Below the pieces are notes generated by a model. That model was not told where the DNA came from, searched no databases, and saw nothing but the letters and a program-made list of their open reading frames with translations. This document shows positions 34,801 through 42,223 of a DNA stretch of 64,000 bases, in pieces. The position numbers and the translations under genes were made by a program. Position 1 is the stretch's first letter. Each line of letters starts with the position of its first letter. This DNA is from an uncultured Clostridia bacterium (GTDB lineage: Bacteria > Bacillota > Clostridia > Christensenellales > UBA1242), in NCBI GenBank assembly GCA_944377415.1, contig CALWEW010000001.1:35604-99603 (forward strand), read 5' to 3'.

Positions 34801-37800
34801 ACTCGCCGCCCCCGTTGCTTTTCCATTCTCGTCTAGCGTATAGAACGAAGCATCAAAGAAAGGTGAAACCGAAACCGTAAGCGCAGGTGTCGCGTTTTTA
34901 GCAACAAAAGTAATTGAAGAATCGCCCATTAAATAGTAGTAATATTCACCATTTTCGCCTTCTGTCCATTCCGCAAGTCCTAGTGAAATTATGCTAGAAT
35001 CGTCAACACTAAATCTTAACCCACCGCTAACGTTTCCAGCCGAAACAGCACTACCCTCGCTCAAATACTCAACGAATGCTTGTGAGTTTTCGCCATTTTT
35101 AATACGAATTTCGCTCAAAGGGTCAGTATTTTCTATTATGTTTTCAGGCGACATATCGCTGCCTGAATAAAGATTATATTCTTCGAACCCATTAATTACC
35201 GCGATTTGCACGAAGTCGCGAGCCGTAGTATTTTGACTACTTGTAATTGAAAGAATTACCGTACCCGTGCCAACAATGCGTAGGCTTGTTGTGCTGAATG
35301 TAGTACCAGCAACTACTTGAATTACGCTAGTATTTGACACACTAAACGCAACGCGCACATTCGCGGGGTCGAGTTCAGGGTCGCTGGCAAAGTCGAATAA
35401 ATCACTAAGTCGAATATCCTGCCCACTATTTGAATAGAATAGAACTAATTTTTTAGTGTCAAGAGTGTTTGAGGTGTAGATATTCTGCACACCACTAATA
35501 TTATTACCACTCACGCGCTCAAATGTTTTAGCCGATAGCATAATGCTATTTGGCACAATTCGAATGAACGCTTCCCCGTTTCGTAATAGGTGCGGATAGC
35601 CGTCATTAATCACACTAGCCTGCGCCCAAACCGAAACACTAAATCCGTTTTGCGCGTAATAATTTAAATTCAAAGCATCTGCGCTTGTCTTGTCAAGATA
35701 AATGATATTTGCATCGCTACTTGAAAGCGAACTTTCAGGGGTTACAAGAATTATAATTTTTTGCGTGCTTGTAATCAAGTTGCCCGAGCCTACTGCGCTT
35801 AAATCATTTGCGAGTTCGGCATAGACGGCATTTACACCAGTGTTGTTGTCCGTGCTACCTACAATCGCGCCGACATTAGCAGTCGCACCTGTGTCGGTCG
35901 AGTTTGTCGAAACGAAGCCACGAGCATAGGCATCAGCAATATTCACAGTACCCGATGAATTTCCAAGCAGTCCGCCTACATTAAGCACTCCGCTTGTACT
36001 GTCGCCCGAAACTGTGCCTGAAATGCCAATATTTGCAAACGACCTAGAAATGTTTACCACTGCCGAAGTCTGCGCAAAACCAACAATTCCACCAAGGTTT
36101 AGCGTAGAATTTTCGGCATCAACACTGCCTAAAATGTTCGGGTTGCTCTCGTCAATATTGTACCCTTGCGCAATGGCGTATTGAATACTTCCGCCTGTCA
36201 TAAGTCCTACAATACCGCCAACATTTCCACTTCCCGAAATTCCGCAGTTCGTAGACGAAAGCGCGTATACTTCATAAGCAACATTATTTATTGTTCCGCT
36301 TGAAACGCCCGCAATTCCGCCGAGCGAACCATTTGCTCTTAATACAGCAGACGACATTGACGAAACTATGCTACCTGCATTTTCACCTGCAATTCCGCCG
36401 AGCGTATTATTCGAATAACCACTTAAATCAAGCGTACCATCAGTACTAATTCCATAAGCACTAGCGCTTGTGGCATTTACACCGATTGCACTTCCTAAAA
36501 TTGCCTTTGTAATCGTGCTATTTAGGTTCGTGTCGCGATTCGCAATAGACACATTTGCTACAACTGAATTTGTATAATTTTCTGTTGCAGACGAGCCAAT
36601 TAGTCCAGCATTTTCACCAGCCAGCCCACCAAAATGCACTGGCATATCGTCGCTAGAAAGTCGAGCGGAAATAGATACAGTCATGTTATCAACTGTCGTG
36701 TTTGCACCGACATAACCAACTGCACCTAGATTAAAGTGCAAGTAATTTAGATTTGTCGAAGTATTGTTATAGTTGTATGTTACATTCGAGCAAGACACTG
36801 TTACATGGTCAAGCACACCAGAACGCGTTATTCCGCCCGAAACGGTCGAACTTAACTCGCCGACCAGCAGTCCATAATTATACGAGTGCGCAACATTAGG
36901 GTTTTCGTTATCAAGGTCAAGACGCGCAGTCGTTTGAATTATCGTATACGAATTAATATAGAAATTTACATACCGAATTTCACCCGTAACTACACCAAAA
37001 ATTCCGTAATACATGGTGTGCGCGGGGTCATCGTTCGGGTTTGTTTGAGTTAAATCTTTTCTCAAAGTCCAGCCGATTATACTTAAAGCCGTTCCCCCGT
37101 TTTCATCACAGCCCATCGAAGTAATTGTACCACTAAAAGGCGTAGTGCGGTTGCCGATAGGAGTCCAGTCAGGGTTGCGCGCAAGGTAATTACTCATGTC
37201 AATCGTGTTCATTAAGTAGTAATTACTGCGCAAACCTAATTCGCTCGCGCCAATGTTTGCAACATCTTCGGCATCATAAAGCCTAAACGGCACAGATTGT
37301 CCGTCAGCAACAGTGATTAAAATTCTGCGCATACTCGATGAGTCAGACGGGTTCTGCATTTGCGAAGTAAGTTCGTAAATAGTTGTAATATCTTGCGCCA
37401 AAATGTCTTGCGGAATTATAAACATGAACGCATAACCTGCCCGACTAGGCACAACCGAATACAAATTGTGCGATGCATCATATTCAAGCGTTGCGGTATC
37501 ACATTCGTACTGCGACATGTCCGCCGAGCGCGTTTCTACACGGTAGTAATCGTAAACAGTGCGGTTATTTTCACGGCGCCCCGTATCAATTCGAATTATA
37601 TTATTGCCGAGCGACCCTGTATAGTCAGTGCCTAAATATTCGGCATCAAATAAAATATATTCAACATTTTTGTTTGTTGCGTTTGATGGTTCAATCGTCA
37701 AGTTCAAATCGAAACTAGAATTTTCGTACAATTCAAAGTACAAGCCGTCAGTATCGTTGTCGGGTATACCATCGATTAGAATATCAGTTACGCGCGTAAT

Positions 37801-40308
37801 TTTAGTAATTGTTACATGTACTGTTTGAGTAAACACGATTCCGTTAATATCAGTAACAGACACTATGACATCAACCGAGATATAATTATCTGTACTACTC
37901 AAAGGTTGGGCGGTTATATTTATGCTTGCGCCCGCCGTGCTCGACAGCGTAAGTCTTGTTGACGAAGCAGGGTTTTTTGTCCATGTCGCGCTACTTGCCT
38001 TTACTTCTGATTCAGACGGATAAACACTAACTTCAAGTGTTGTCGTGTTGCGTTGCGTATCGTAATAAGACTGGTTACCAGTAGTCGATGCAAGCAATTC
38101 TACATTTGACTGGTTAACCGAGATTCGACTAATCGGCACAAATACATGAATTGTAAAATCTCGAGTAACAGTCGCGCGCTCAACTAGCCCACCCGCGCCT
38201 ATGCGGTAGTACGCAACGGACATTGTAAAGGTTACATCACCGCGCGACATTGTCTGTAATAAAATGCTTGTATTTCCTTGCGCGCGTGCATACGCGATAT
38301 CCTCGGCATTTGATGTGATATCAATACTCAAAACCGATGACGAAGCATTACTCGGGAATAGCGTGTTATTTAGATGTACACTCTGTCCTTGCGCAATAAA
38401 CGCGTAATCGAGAGTTTCGACATCGCTCCCACCGACATTAATTGTCGTATATGCGTAAGGTCCCAAATTCGAGCCCGAAATGTCAGAGCCTAGCGAAATC
38501 GCAAAGTTATTAAATGCCGTTAGAACGCGAACTGTAACCGTGCGCACTGCCCCACTCGCTGATTCAAGCGTAATAGTTGCACTGCCTGCCGAAGCGGCGG
38601 TTAATATAAATCGTGTAGGCGATTGCGCCGATTTTTCAACAGTTACAATATTTGGATTGCTTGAACGCACCGAAACGGTATCCGCATTTGCAGTCGCAGG
38701 TGTTACGGTAAAGTCGACAGTTTTAGTCGAATAAGTCGACAATCCGTATTCGTCATATTCAAGCACAATGGCATTTAGTGTCGGGTCAACAAAAGCATCG
38801 CTAACAGTTATATCAGTTACACCCTGTTGCAAGTTAATCACAAGCCTGCGTGTCAGCGTATCACCAAAAAGTGCAGTATCTGTTGCTGTTACATCAAGCG
38901 TGATTGTTCCCGTTCCCCCACTGCTGCGGAAGTACAATGTGTCGCCAGCATGGAAAGTGTATTCACCATTAAAGATTTCACCGTTTATGCGTAAGTTTTG
39001 TATTAAGGCGGCATCGCTTTCATTTAGTACGACATTAAGGCTCATGTTGTTGTAGACATTACTGTATGGAGTTGTTCCAAAAACGACTTGCGCCCCCGAA
39101 GTTGCACCGCTCTCACGGTAGCGGTCGAATACATCAAGGTAATATATGTCAGTTGTGCTGTCGCCATTTATAATAATCGCAGTTGGCACATCAACGATAC
39201 GAATATCAAGCGGAAGCACCATTTCGCGAGCATCACTCACGCCTGCAACTTTGACAACGATTTCAAGGCGTGTCCATTCGTCAAGCGATTCAAGACCTGT
39301 TATTGTGATTTGATTTGTATTTGCATTTACTTCTGCATAAATGTAATTGTCAATCAAGCCATTAGGGTCGCGAATTTCAACAGTTACACTCTCATAATTC
39401 GGCACCGCCACATTTACACGCGCGGTATTTGATGACGAGTTTTTCACAAGTTCGAGAGAAGTAATCACATTCGCAACCGAACCAGAATAAAGATATGTAT
39501 TTTCTGCTGTGAGTGCAGTATATACGCGCACATCTTCCATCACGACAGTAAGCGCAGCGAGTTCTTCATCTGTATAATTTTGAATATCGCGCGGGTATGC
39601 CGTAATATCTACCGCACTGCCAACTGAAGTATCAAGAATAAAAGGTTCTTTAGAGTTGTATAATTCCCCGTTGATATTGAATACATAATCAGGTACTGTC
39701 GCATTTGCGGGAGTAAAATCAAAAAGCGTGCGCGGGTCAAGAATGTATTCCTGCCCTGCTGGTATTCCAAAACTCGTCATATCAGCAGAGAGTGTCGCGC
39801 CCGTCGGCTTCACAATTACTTCGACAATCAGTGTCGCTGCAACTTCATTCGTTTCGATACTAAACGCAGTTACTCGCGCCTCCGTTGTCGCAGAAAGCCC
39901 TGTGATAATTACTTCGGTACCTGCGGAATTTTGCAAATCAATGCGCAGCAAAGTATCATTATAATTCCACACAACATCACCGAGCAAATCGCCAGACAGC
40001 CCTGTAACTTCGGCGGTTACAAGAGCTGAATCCGAGCCAAGAGGCGCTTCTGCATTCGGGGCGTTCGGGTCGGTGGCTTGCTCATCATCAGCGTTGCCAT
40101 CGATTGTGAGTGTTAGATAATATGTACCGTCAACTTCGGTTACACTTTCTCCCGAAAGGGTAATGCGCAAGTTATCAAGCGGATTACCACACCCCGCGAG
40201 TATTCCCAGTGTCGCAAGCAATATTGCCAACACGCCAAAAAACATTGCGCCTATACGCGCGCGCGTGCTAGTTTTGTTTTCATTCAAAAAAGTTTTGTGT
40301 ACTCCCAT
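25855..40308 (-). CDS. 4817-aa giant surface lipoprotein with Big_2/Ig-like domains and multiple GLUG/Zmp-N-terminal-like modules
   Basis: Lipobox LGILAGC-GN. Big_2-like segments (VDFTVTPATANADTVSVRSSNPNIVTV; LTIEPSNATNKNVEY). About 7 modules of type P-x-x-I...L...Y-x-L-x-x-DID...F-x-G-x-F-x-GNG-x-T(I/L). Many VGGLxG/GGIAG GLUG motifs. No HExxH found. Confidence 0.92.
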   Translation of the reverse strand: MGVHKTFLNENKTSTRARIGAMFFGVLAILLATLGILAGCGNPLDNLRITLSGESVTEVDGTYYLTLTIDGNADDEQATDPNAPNAEAPLGSDSALVTAEVTGLSGDLLGDVVWNYNDTLLRIDLQNSAGTEVIITGLSATTEARVTAFSIETNEVAATLIVEVIVKPTGATLSADMTSFGIPAGQEYILDPRTLFDFTPANATVPDYVFNINGELYNSKEPFILDTSVGSAVDITAYPRDIQNYTDEELAALTVVMEDVRVYTALTAENTYLYSGSVANVITSLELVKNSSSNTARVNVAVPNYESVTVEIRDPNGLIDNYIYAEVNANTNQITITGLESLDEWTRLEIVVKVAGVSDAREMVLPLDIRIVDVPTAIIINGDSTTDIYYLDVFDRYRESGATSGAQVVFGTTPYSNVYNNMSLNVVLNESDAALIQNLRINGEIFNGEYTFHAGDTLYFRSSGGTGTITLDVTATDTALFGDTLTRRLVINLQQGVTDITVSDAFVDPTLNAIVLEYDEYGLSTYSTKTVDFTVTPATANADTVSVRSSNPNIVTVEKSAQSPTRFILTAASAGSATITLESASGAVRTVTVRVLTAFNNFAISLGSDISGSNLGPYAYTTINVGGSDVETLDYAFIAQGQSVHLNNTLFPSNASSSVLSIDITSNAEDIAYARAQGNTSILLQTMSRGDVTFTMSVAYYRIGAGGLVERATVTRDFTIHVFVPISRISVNQSNVELLASTTGNQSYYDTQRNTTTLEVSVYPSESEVKASSATWTKNPASSTRLTLSSTAGASINITAQPLSSTDNYISVDVIVSVTDINGIVFTQTVHVTITKITRVTDILIDGIPDNDTDGLYFELYENSSFDLNLTIEPSNATNKNVEYILFDAEYLGTDYTGSLGNNIIRIDTGRRENNRTVYDYYRVETRSADMSQYECDTATLEYDASHNLYSVVPSRAGYAFMFIIPQDILAQDITTIYELTSQMQNPSDSSSMRRILITVADGQSVPFRLYDAEDVANIGASELGLRSNYYLMNTIDMSNYLARNPDWTPIGNRTTPFSGTITSMGCDENGGTALSIIGWTLRKDLTQTNPNDDPAHTMYYGIFGVVTGEIRYVNFYINSYTIIQTTARLDLDNENPNVAHSYNYGLLVGELSSTVSGGITRSGVLDHVTVSCSNVTYNYNNTSTNLNYLHFNLGAVGYVGANTTVDNMTVSISARLSSDDMPVHFGGLAGENAGLIGSSATENYTNSVVANVSIANRDTNLNSTITKAILGSAIGVNATSASAYGISTDGTLDLSGYSNNTLGGIAGENAGSIVSSMSSAVLRANGSLGGIAGVSSGTINNVAYEVYALSSTNCGISGSGNVGGIVGLMTGGSIQYAIAQGYNIDESNPNILGSVDAENSTLNLGGIVGFAQTSAVVNISRSFANIGISGTVSGDSTSGVLNVGGLLGNSSGTVNIADAYARGFVSTNSTDTGATANVGAIVGSTDNNTGVNAVYAELANDLSAVGSGNLITSTQKIIILVTPESSLSSSDANIIYLDKTSADALNLNYYAQNGFSVSVWAQASVINDGYPHLLRNGEAFIRIVPNSIMLSAKTFERVSGNNISGVQNIYTSNTLDTKKLVLFYSNSGQDIRLSDLFDFASDPELDPANVRVAFSVSNTSVIQVVAGTTFSTTSLRIVGTGTVILSITSSQNTTARDFVQIAVINGFEEYNLYSGSDMSPENIIENTDPLSEIRIKNGENSQAFVEYLSEGSAVSAGNVSGGLRFSVDDSSIISLGLAEWTEGENGEYYYYLMGDSSITFVAKNATPALTVSVSPFFDASFYTLDENGKATGAASVYRIDIDNTECALVYNTVVYKGASSIGLGIANDTSVYAGDSLTSSVTLITDNFEEGDNVLDHIGYSLRLNGADSDAINTEDDIESNDIRVSFGTLEYTASENRLTIPFSVSLTNLARNELKTATTYTITFWALDENGDPIGYTDTNGDFVYSMTVTLEFTFLPQRINHIDMSHYSDAVNNGSKLEQAGGLPTNTMIAGQYGLLQIRVSPDYAYYDRIEITSAVTNNERVMFDQRILRYENDIATYYSWQTGVEIIEGGISLYRVSNYDGTFDGNYYVRTLVSSAQPVGAQFTVTVTIYQGDTTYTESLTMTVYTQDTLSLSYDNYNSNTNTAYVAAGTGYRIGTTTLEQNANELNVVVGSSYMDYSLSVVARDSSGTDVTNSYNVAIVSENGRYYLYTGTAPVGTEITVTLSGRQNMSGLINTVTRTLDFLVVDFYISSIQDGLVNGASQSTNLRYPYIRDSLYDLRIFDGATLENLDTISAITFDPTNSTLREHILEVINTLNGIGSQRYLGWYGYLPDSNGSYGWSQLAPITTGSEGEWLDSNYRFYCDVGGDGYTGYRIEGNGVSSSSRIRYDLYYTYENGEFKLITRNEIDNNARGFSTAELTIEFYQMTSQEHAQPVYTERDLLNMESGIDYILMNDISITSNWTALTTEIASLNGNGYTIYLPRTLYSSSSNYGLFDTISENMVIKNLTVSLNTDGLTLPETVSSTTSLNFGAIAGVNNGTVYNCVVNGWTNNAVRGITVPTPTDTTASFYIAGLVGTNSESGAISNSRVEYVNLTGFGRLAGLVSSNSGVIASSYYTGGTITNVATSTANNVATAGLVVENAYGATIFGSFTGGAYTEYNAKSGQNTQVSSLANTRDALILSGVRTAGFVYANYGSISDSYSAMRIWAIEASGFVYSNSENGEIERCYSVSVLSDTGESGVTSLSMPFIGVESTSSTENNNANPDGIVNCYFLNTGFSTNALRLEDATELTLEQFLGNSGYSMFEGYTFSREGSDGSEFTGVWTFTTPDNLYFTPDRFTTNLNSRNQMNLGPKLVSASLIATPRMNLDEENTTVDEDTGVVRYVYTEQFVPYFVKTTNTIYGTDYSFNPVAITTAAQFNSAFANTSYVITDDIRLARNIDQSDISSTATLNSPLATYAGVFEGNGFTFENLNLAVNDASVSRYGLLGTVTSETTSDGTVHTGTIKNLNISVTAVSCSQVAYVGALAGVVENGNIYNINITGQNSRVIGNNAVGGAVGLISGTSRASNITSEVGVTSNYRADTNLLYNADLLAASGSSAAANNIGVLGFAGGVFGIADLTQFDTVNTTTNANEAALNYIYSTGQASIVGKIAGGVVGVLGVHTVLNYAEKVVDTETTIRGITFAGGLVGQNNGVIRYSNVVYTDDVQEAVDAANTGEDTTLNLDGESITVNNVLFDNGQSTLGTGGIAGINIGYTSDGWASGAIYYSSSKVRVRNSNGANVGGIVGIAYGGDIRAVFSTGSIYGNRTANLGGIVGYIDDFSAGGNLTEISNPFGTNVSAMTTLDYVVALNNYLASDYNYYYEISQAETQVRAGAQGGLVGYCVDPSLIYTTHTTGAGDPDEPYSQLLNSINFYVNQIYNRVVLNSVIDEQTGENVINLRAVGNSEANINIAEGETRGYMINNLDVIFGQWDGYSIDTSGGMPDIDIQDVPDTIYINSVADYKIMYWHPDKEYILNTDLDFLAESTALAPVGSTSAPFTGSFNGNGHTLYNVPIVRSGAMNVGLFGATDGATIRNVNIVNLYISTNLSEDLTTYVGGLIGVARNTTVDRVNITSDASLEGSYHGITTNSNNVGGMFGRVYSDANGVTSVTDAYISIDINATDNVYSARETTANVGGFAGQATGENTSISRVFVEGNMNVEYNLANLSTISHYVGGFIGSATSVVVNSAASNFEITLNNVQQNTVAGGFIGLGNEIDLTQVDSASNLTFDLLNISANSFSAGGFIGTMSGGTVVGIVNSGDITLNGTYNIDVATGAHALGGIAGTISGGTMQTGYSIASIFNNTRFTNIDLSVYSGTLGYTSVYCDTYLGLTARDSNNVGTTSVNIISRTYDGLVRPTGSTYAYARLDTAEWSSFSAAPTRYAALYSQKVVTGDTKRAPITISSYSDFYSLIDTSGENYLYYLQTTSLTTPVDLDLNRTLYGWYNAGGNTINAVYQTLEYDGFTPATNTNYGLFATLGDVEVSGETRGSILSGAVINVNVSTKIGDGSTFGAAVGNLTSNAKVFGVYVTGKIDLGVESGSVNIGGIAGINSGQIIGSAVNADMRIYGAVDLDGNSLGTGGAVNAGALVGWSNNVDTRLTLIDSYAVGSILNYNSAQNVYISGFVGRVADESGNSLGFYNENCYTAVVLRDYTGSAVVNSVVANRNGGATNANGVYYDTSMTLSNNEYFTAFSISAQRGADTSQKLALGSAFTTDNAYNYGLPYLSWLDDVSALSSTGNGTASSPYVINSAGQLLWALENGNSYYILNNDIDFSLISSGYTARAFAGNLDGNTFSIDNISTTLFTDVSGDISSLKLNGATASVILADTISGSATLVMTDATTGAVVNSGNIENALSNGATFGANAVNCYTNYPTDLSVLDSDIWAFTGRTVDGTNAYELREFVEVVGTNTPFGVSVSNVGGVYLIDTVDQLSRVIEYSRMAGGTYNVTVNGDILDLEHKALETLNNIVLDCDTITNGLIIRTGSGDFTTSLSNNNVSGVENVGMVLGSTSVFGSTSQKFDDGTTLTINNAVISVSSNSALVIGAFEQAKTINVNITNVTVITPDGVTPVGITNTIAGASTVNVTISGMTADAFSSLVGTNSGTLSLNITNLNAAINGALVVTNNGTLTVNGTYTNSANLNNSGLIAHTNSASGIINIGTLNITGAGDNSGGIVYINDGSITGGTLNATLTGTSIGFIANTNNGTISNITITGTINGVASDVVAVAGSGTIENVTTPTVEPEPEPEPEPEPEPEPEPTP
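25864..25917 (-). repeat. (Glu-Pro)9 tandem repeat at the extreme C-terminus
   Basis: Encodes VEPEPEPEPEPEPEPEPEPTP*. Confidence 0.95.
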
Positions 40309-40740
40309 TTTTTCGCCCTTTGTACTTTATTTTGTTTCTTTTTCGATTTTTTATTAATTTAAAGTAAAAATTTAGTATACTTTAAACAGAGTGCATTTAC
40401 AACAACGCAAAATTTTAAACTAGAAATCAGGTCATAGGCAAACCATGCCTTAATAACTAATTACTAATTGAGAATTTTACCTTTTTAGTATACCATACAC
40501 GCACACAATTTAACAACTTAATGGCGCGATTTTTTCACTTTTTTATAATATTTTTTACTATTTTTAATTATTTCCTTTTAAAGTAATTAACCACAAAAAA
40601 TAAATCAGTAAATTTTACAAAATTCTTTGCCATTTTTATGCAAAATTGCAGTAAATACTATAAAAACAAAACGCAGTTTAGCATAAAATTCAAACATATT
40701 AAACAAATTTTTATTTCACAATTAAAAAGAAAAAAGGACT

Positions 40741-41490
40741 TTACATAGTCCTTGTATCTTCAAGCACGCGCTCCGTCAATTTCGCACTCATTCCGTATCG
40801 ATAATGTTTCAAAATTCCCTCCACTTTTGCCTCTCCGCAATCATCTAACGGCACGCAGTCAAGCGCAAATCCAGAGTCTTTCAAATCATAACAAAATCGC
40901 AACGCTTTTGCTTTTACCGCACGCACATCACGCAAATAATTCCTATCATATTTAAACGGCGCCATATACATGATACGCTCATCACCAAGTTTAAGCAAGT
41001 CTATATAACATCTATCAGTAATTATACCTTGTTCGTGCAATTTTTGTCTAACTACCTTTAAATTTTCGCATTCTTTCTCACCTTGCCCAAGAACAAGTTT
41101 AGCAATAGGAATATGTCCGTGCGGAGCTATCCTACCTTTTTTATCAATACAATAAGCATCAAAGTTCGAATTTTTTGATATTTCTTCAACTCTATCAAAA
41201 ATGCGCGAAGCACCACGAATAAAATCTTCAATCTTTTGCTCGGCATCAGTAAAAAATACAAAATCGCCATTTCTTTCATCTTCATCATTTAAACGAACAA
41301 TTCTCACAGAACGCCCGCTTTCCTTTCCGCGCATAAGACGAATTAAACGACTACACAAAATATCACCCAAATTTTGCACATAGTAAATAGGTATAAACCC
41401 CTCTTGCTCTTGCAAAACTGGGTACTTTTCAACTAAATCTGCATAATTCTCAAATGTTTTGATTGACACTCTATCTTTCTCTCTTTCCAT
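40741..41490 (-). CDS. Hypothetical protein, 249 aa
   Basis: Long ORF with a GAGGGAG RBS; no motif recognised. Confidence 0.75.
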   Translation of the reverse strand: MEREKDRVSIKTFENYADLVEKYPVLQEQEGFIPIYYVQNLGDILCSRLIRLMRGKESGRSVRIVRLNDEDERNGDFVFFTDAEQKIEDFIRGASRIFDRVEEISKNSNFDAYCIDKKGRIAPHGHIPIAKLVLGQGEKECENLKVVRQKLHEQGIITDRCYIDLLKLGDERIMYMAPFKYDRNYLRDVRAVKAKALRFCYDLKDSGFALDCVPLDDCGEAKVEGILKHYRYGMSAKLTERVLEDTRTM

Positions 41491-41687
41491 GGCTCCCTCT
41501 CTTTAATATAAAAAGTATATCACAAAACAAAAATAAAATCAATACTTACCACAAAGCCCCCATTTCAAAGCAATTCAATACAGTCATTTATAAAACAAAC
41601 ATTTGCTTATAACAAAGAAAAAACAGGCATTTTGCCTGTCTTTCAACGTTTTTGTGATTATCATTATTATTTTCTTTCGTAATCGAA

Positions 41688-41822
41688 ATGCGGTTTTTTG
41701 TTCGCACATTAAACATTGCATCAGCCACAGCATTTCAAGAGAATAACCGCCACTACCGTAAACGAATACGCAAACTCGAAGCCGAAAAAGCAAAACAACA
41801 ATCCACCAATAGTGAAACTTAA
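41688..41822 (+). pseudogene. Possible small ORF or gene remnant (MRFFVRTLNIASATAFQENNRHYRKRIRKLEAEKAKQQSTNSET)
   Basis: Protein-like charged C-terminus ending directly before a terminator. The upstream in-frame hydrophobic stretch is broken by TGA at 41655. No clear RBS. Confidence 0.25.
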
Positions 41823-41828
41823 AAAACA

Positions 41829-41854
41829 AAAAAGCCCTTTACAAAGGGCTTTTT
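41829..41854. terminator. Bidirectional terminator downstream of tRNA-Asn
   Basis: AAAAAGCCCTTT-ac-AAAGGGCTTTTT. Confidence 0.8.
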
Positions 41855-41905
41855 CTAAATTTTCAACACCAGCACGAACTCAAAACGGTTCGGATACTGG
41901 AACAC

Positions 41906-41981
41906 TGGCTCCCCAAGCAGGACTTGAACCTGCGACCTGCCGGTTAACAGCCGGACGCTCTACCGACTGAGCTATTGGGGA
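41906..41981 (-). tRNA. tRNA-Asn (GTT)
   Basis: TCCCCAATAGCTCAGTCGGTAGAGCGTCCGGCTGTTAACCGGCAGGTCGCAGGTTCAAGTCCTGCTTGGGGAGCCA; 76 nt, encoded CCA. Confidence 0.97.
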
Positions 41982-41984
41982 ATA

Positions 41985-42088
41985 TGTCTGCCTTGGAGTA
42001 TTTTAGCATTACTAAAAGCAATACTAAAAATTGGTGAAGGGAATTGGTCAATAAAAGGAAGATTCTTTTTTATTGATTTCTCCAAGAC
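41985..42088 (-). other. Three-way-junction-like structured leader upstream of tRNA-Asn
   Basis: Outer stem GTCTTGGAG/CTCCAAGGC (GU wobble only on the minus strand) enclosing two hairpins; TTGACA promoter candidate near 42124-42129. Confidence 0.35.
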
Positions 42089-42223
42089 TAGAACGCTATT
42101 AGTTTAGCAAAGATAAATTACTATGTCAACCATTTTTTTGAAAAAAATCTAAAAATTTTATACTCAAAATTTTATTTCTTAAATTTCCTTTATTTTATAT
42201 TGAAAAAGTATTAAAATATTTTT

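Noticed and set aside
1-40308. Diversity-generating retroelement or invertible cassette varying the giant proteins
   Set aside because: No reverse transcriptase, TR/VR duplication, invertase or long inverted repeats were seen near these genes in this window.
473-40357. Dozens of short plus-strand ORFs in the track, including the 283-aa ORF at 26093-26944
   Set aside because: They lie antisense to the three giant genes and have the composition of shadow frames, with no RBS or motifs.
40405-40450. c-di-GMP-I riboswitch suggested by GGCAAACC and ACGCAAAA
   Set aside because: The words are on the strand opposite the downstream gene and in the wrong order.
11635-40460. Shared TTAATAACTAA upstream of two giant genes (11635, 40450)
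   Set aside because: It also occurs upstream of degV (20512) and is nearly all A/T in AT-rich spacers, so it is not specific enough.
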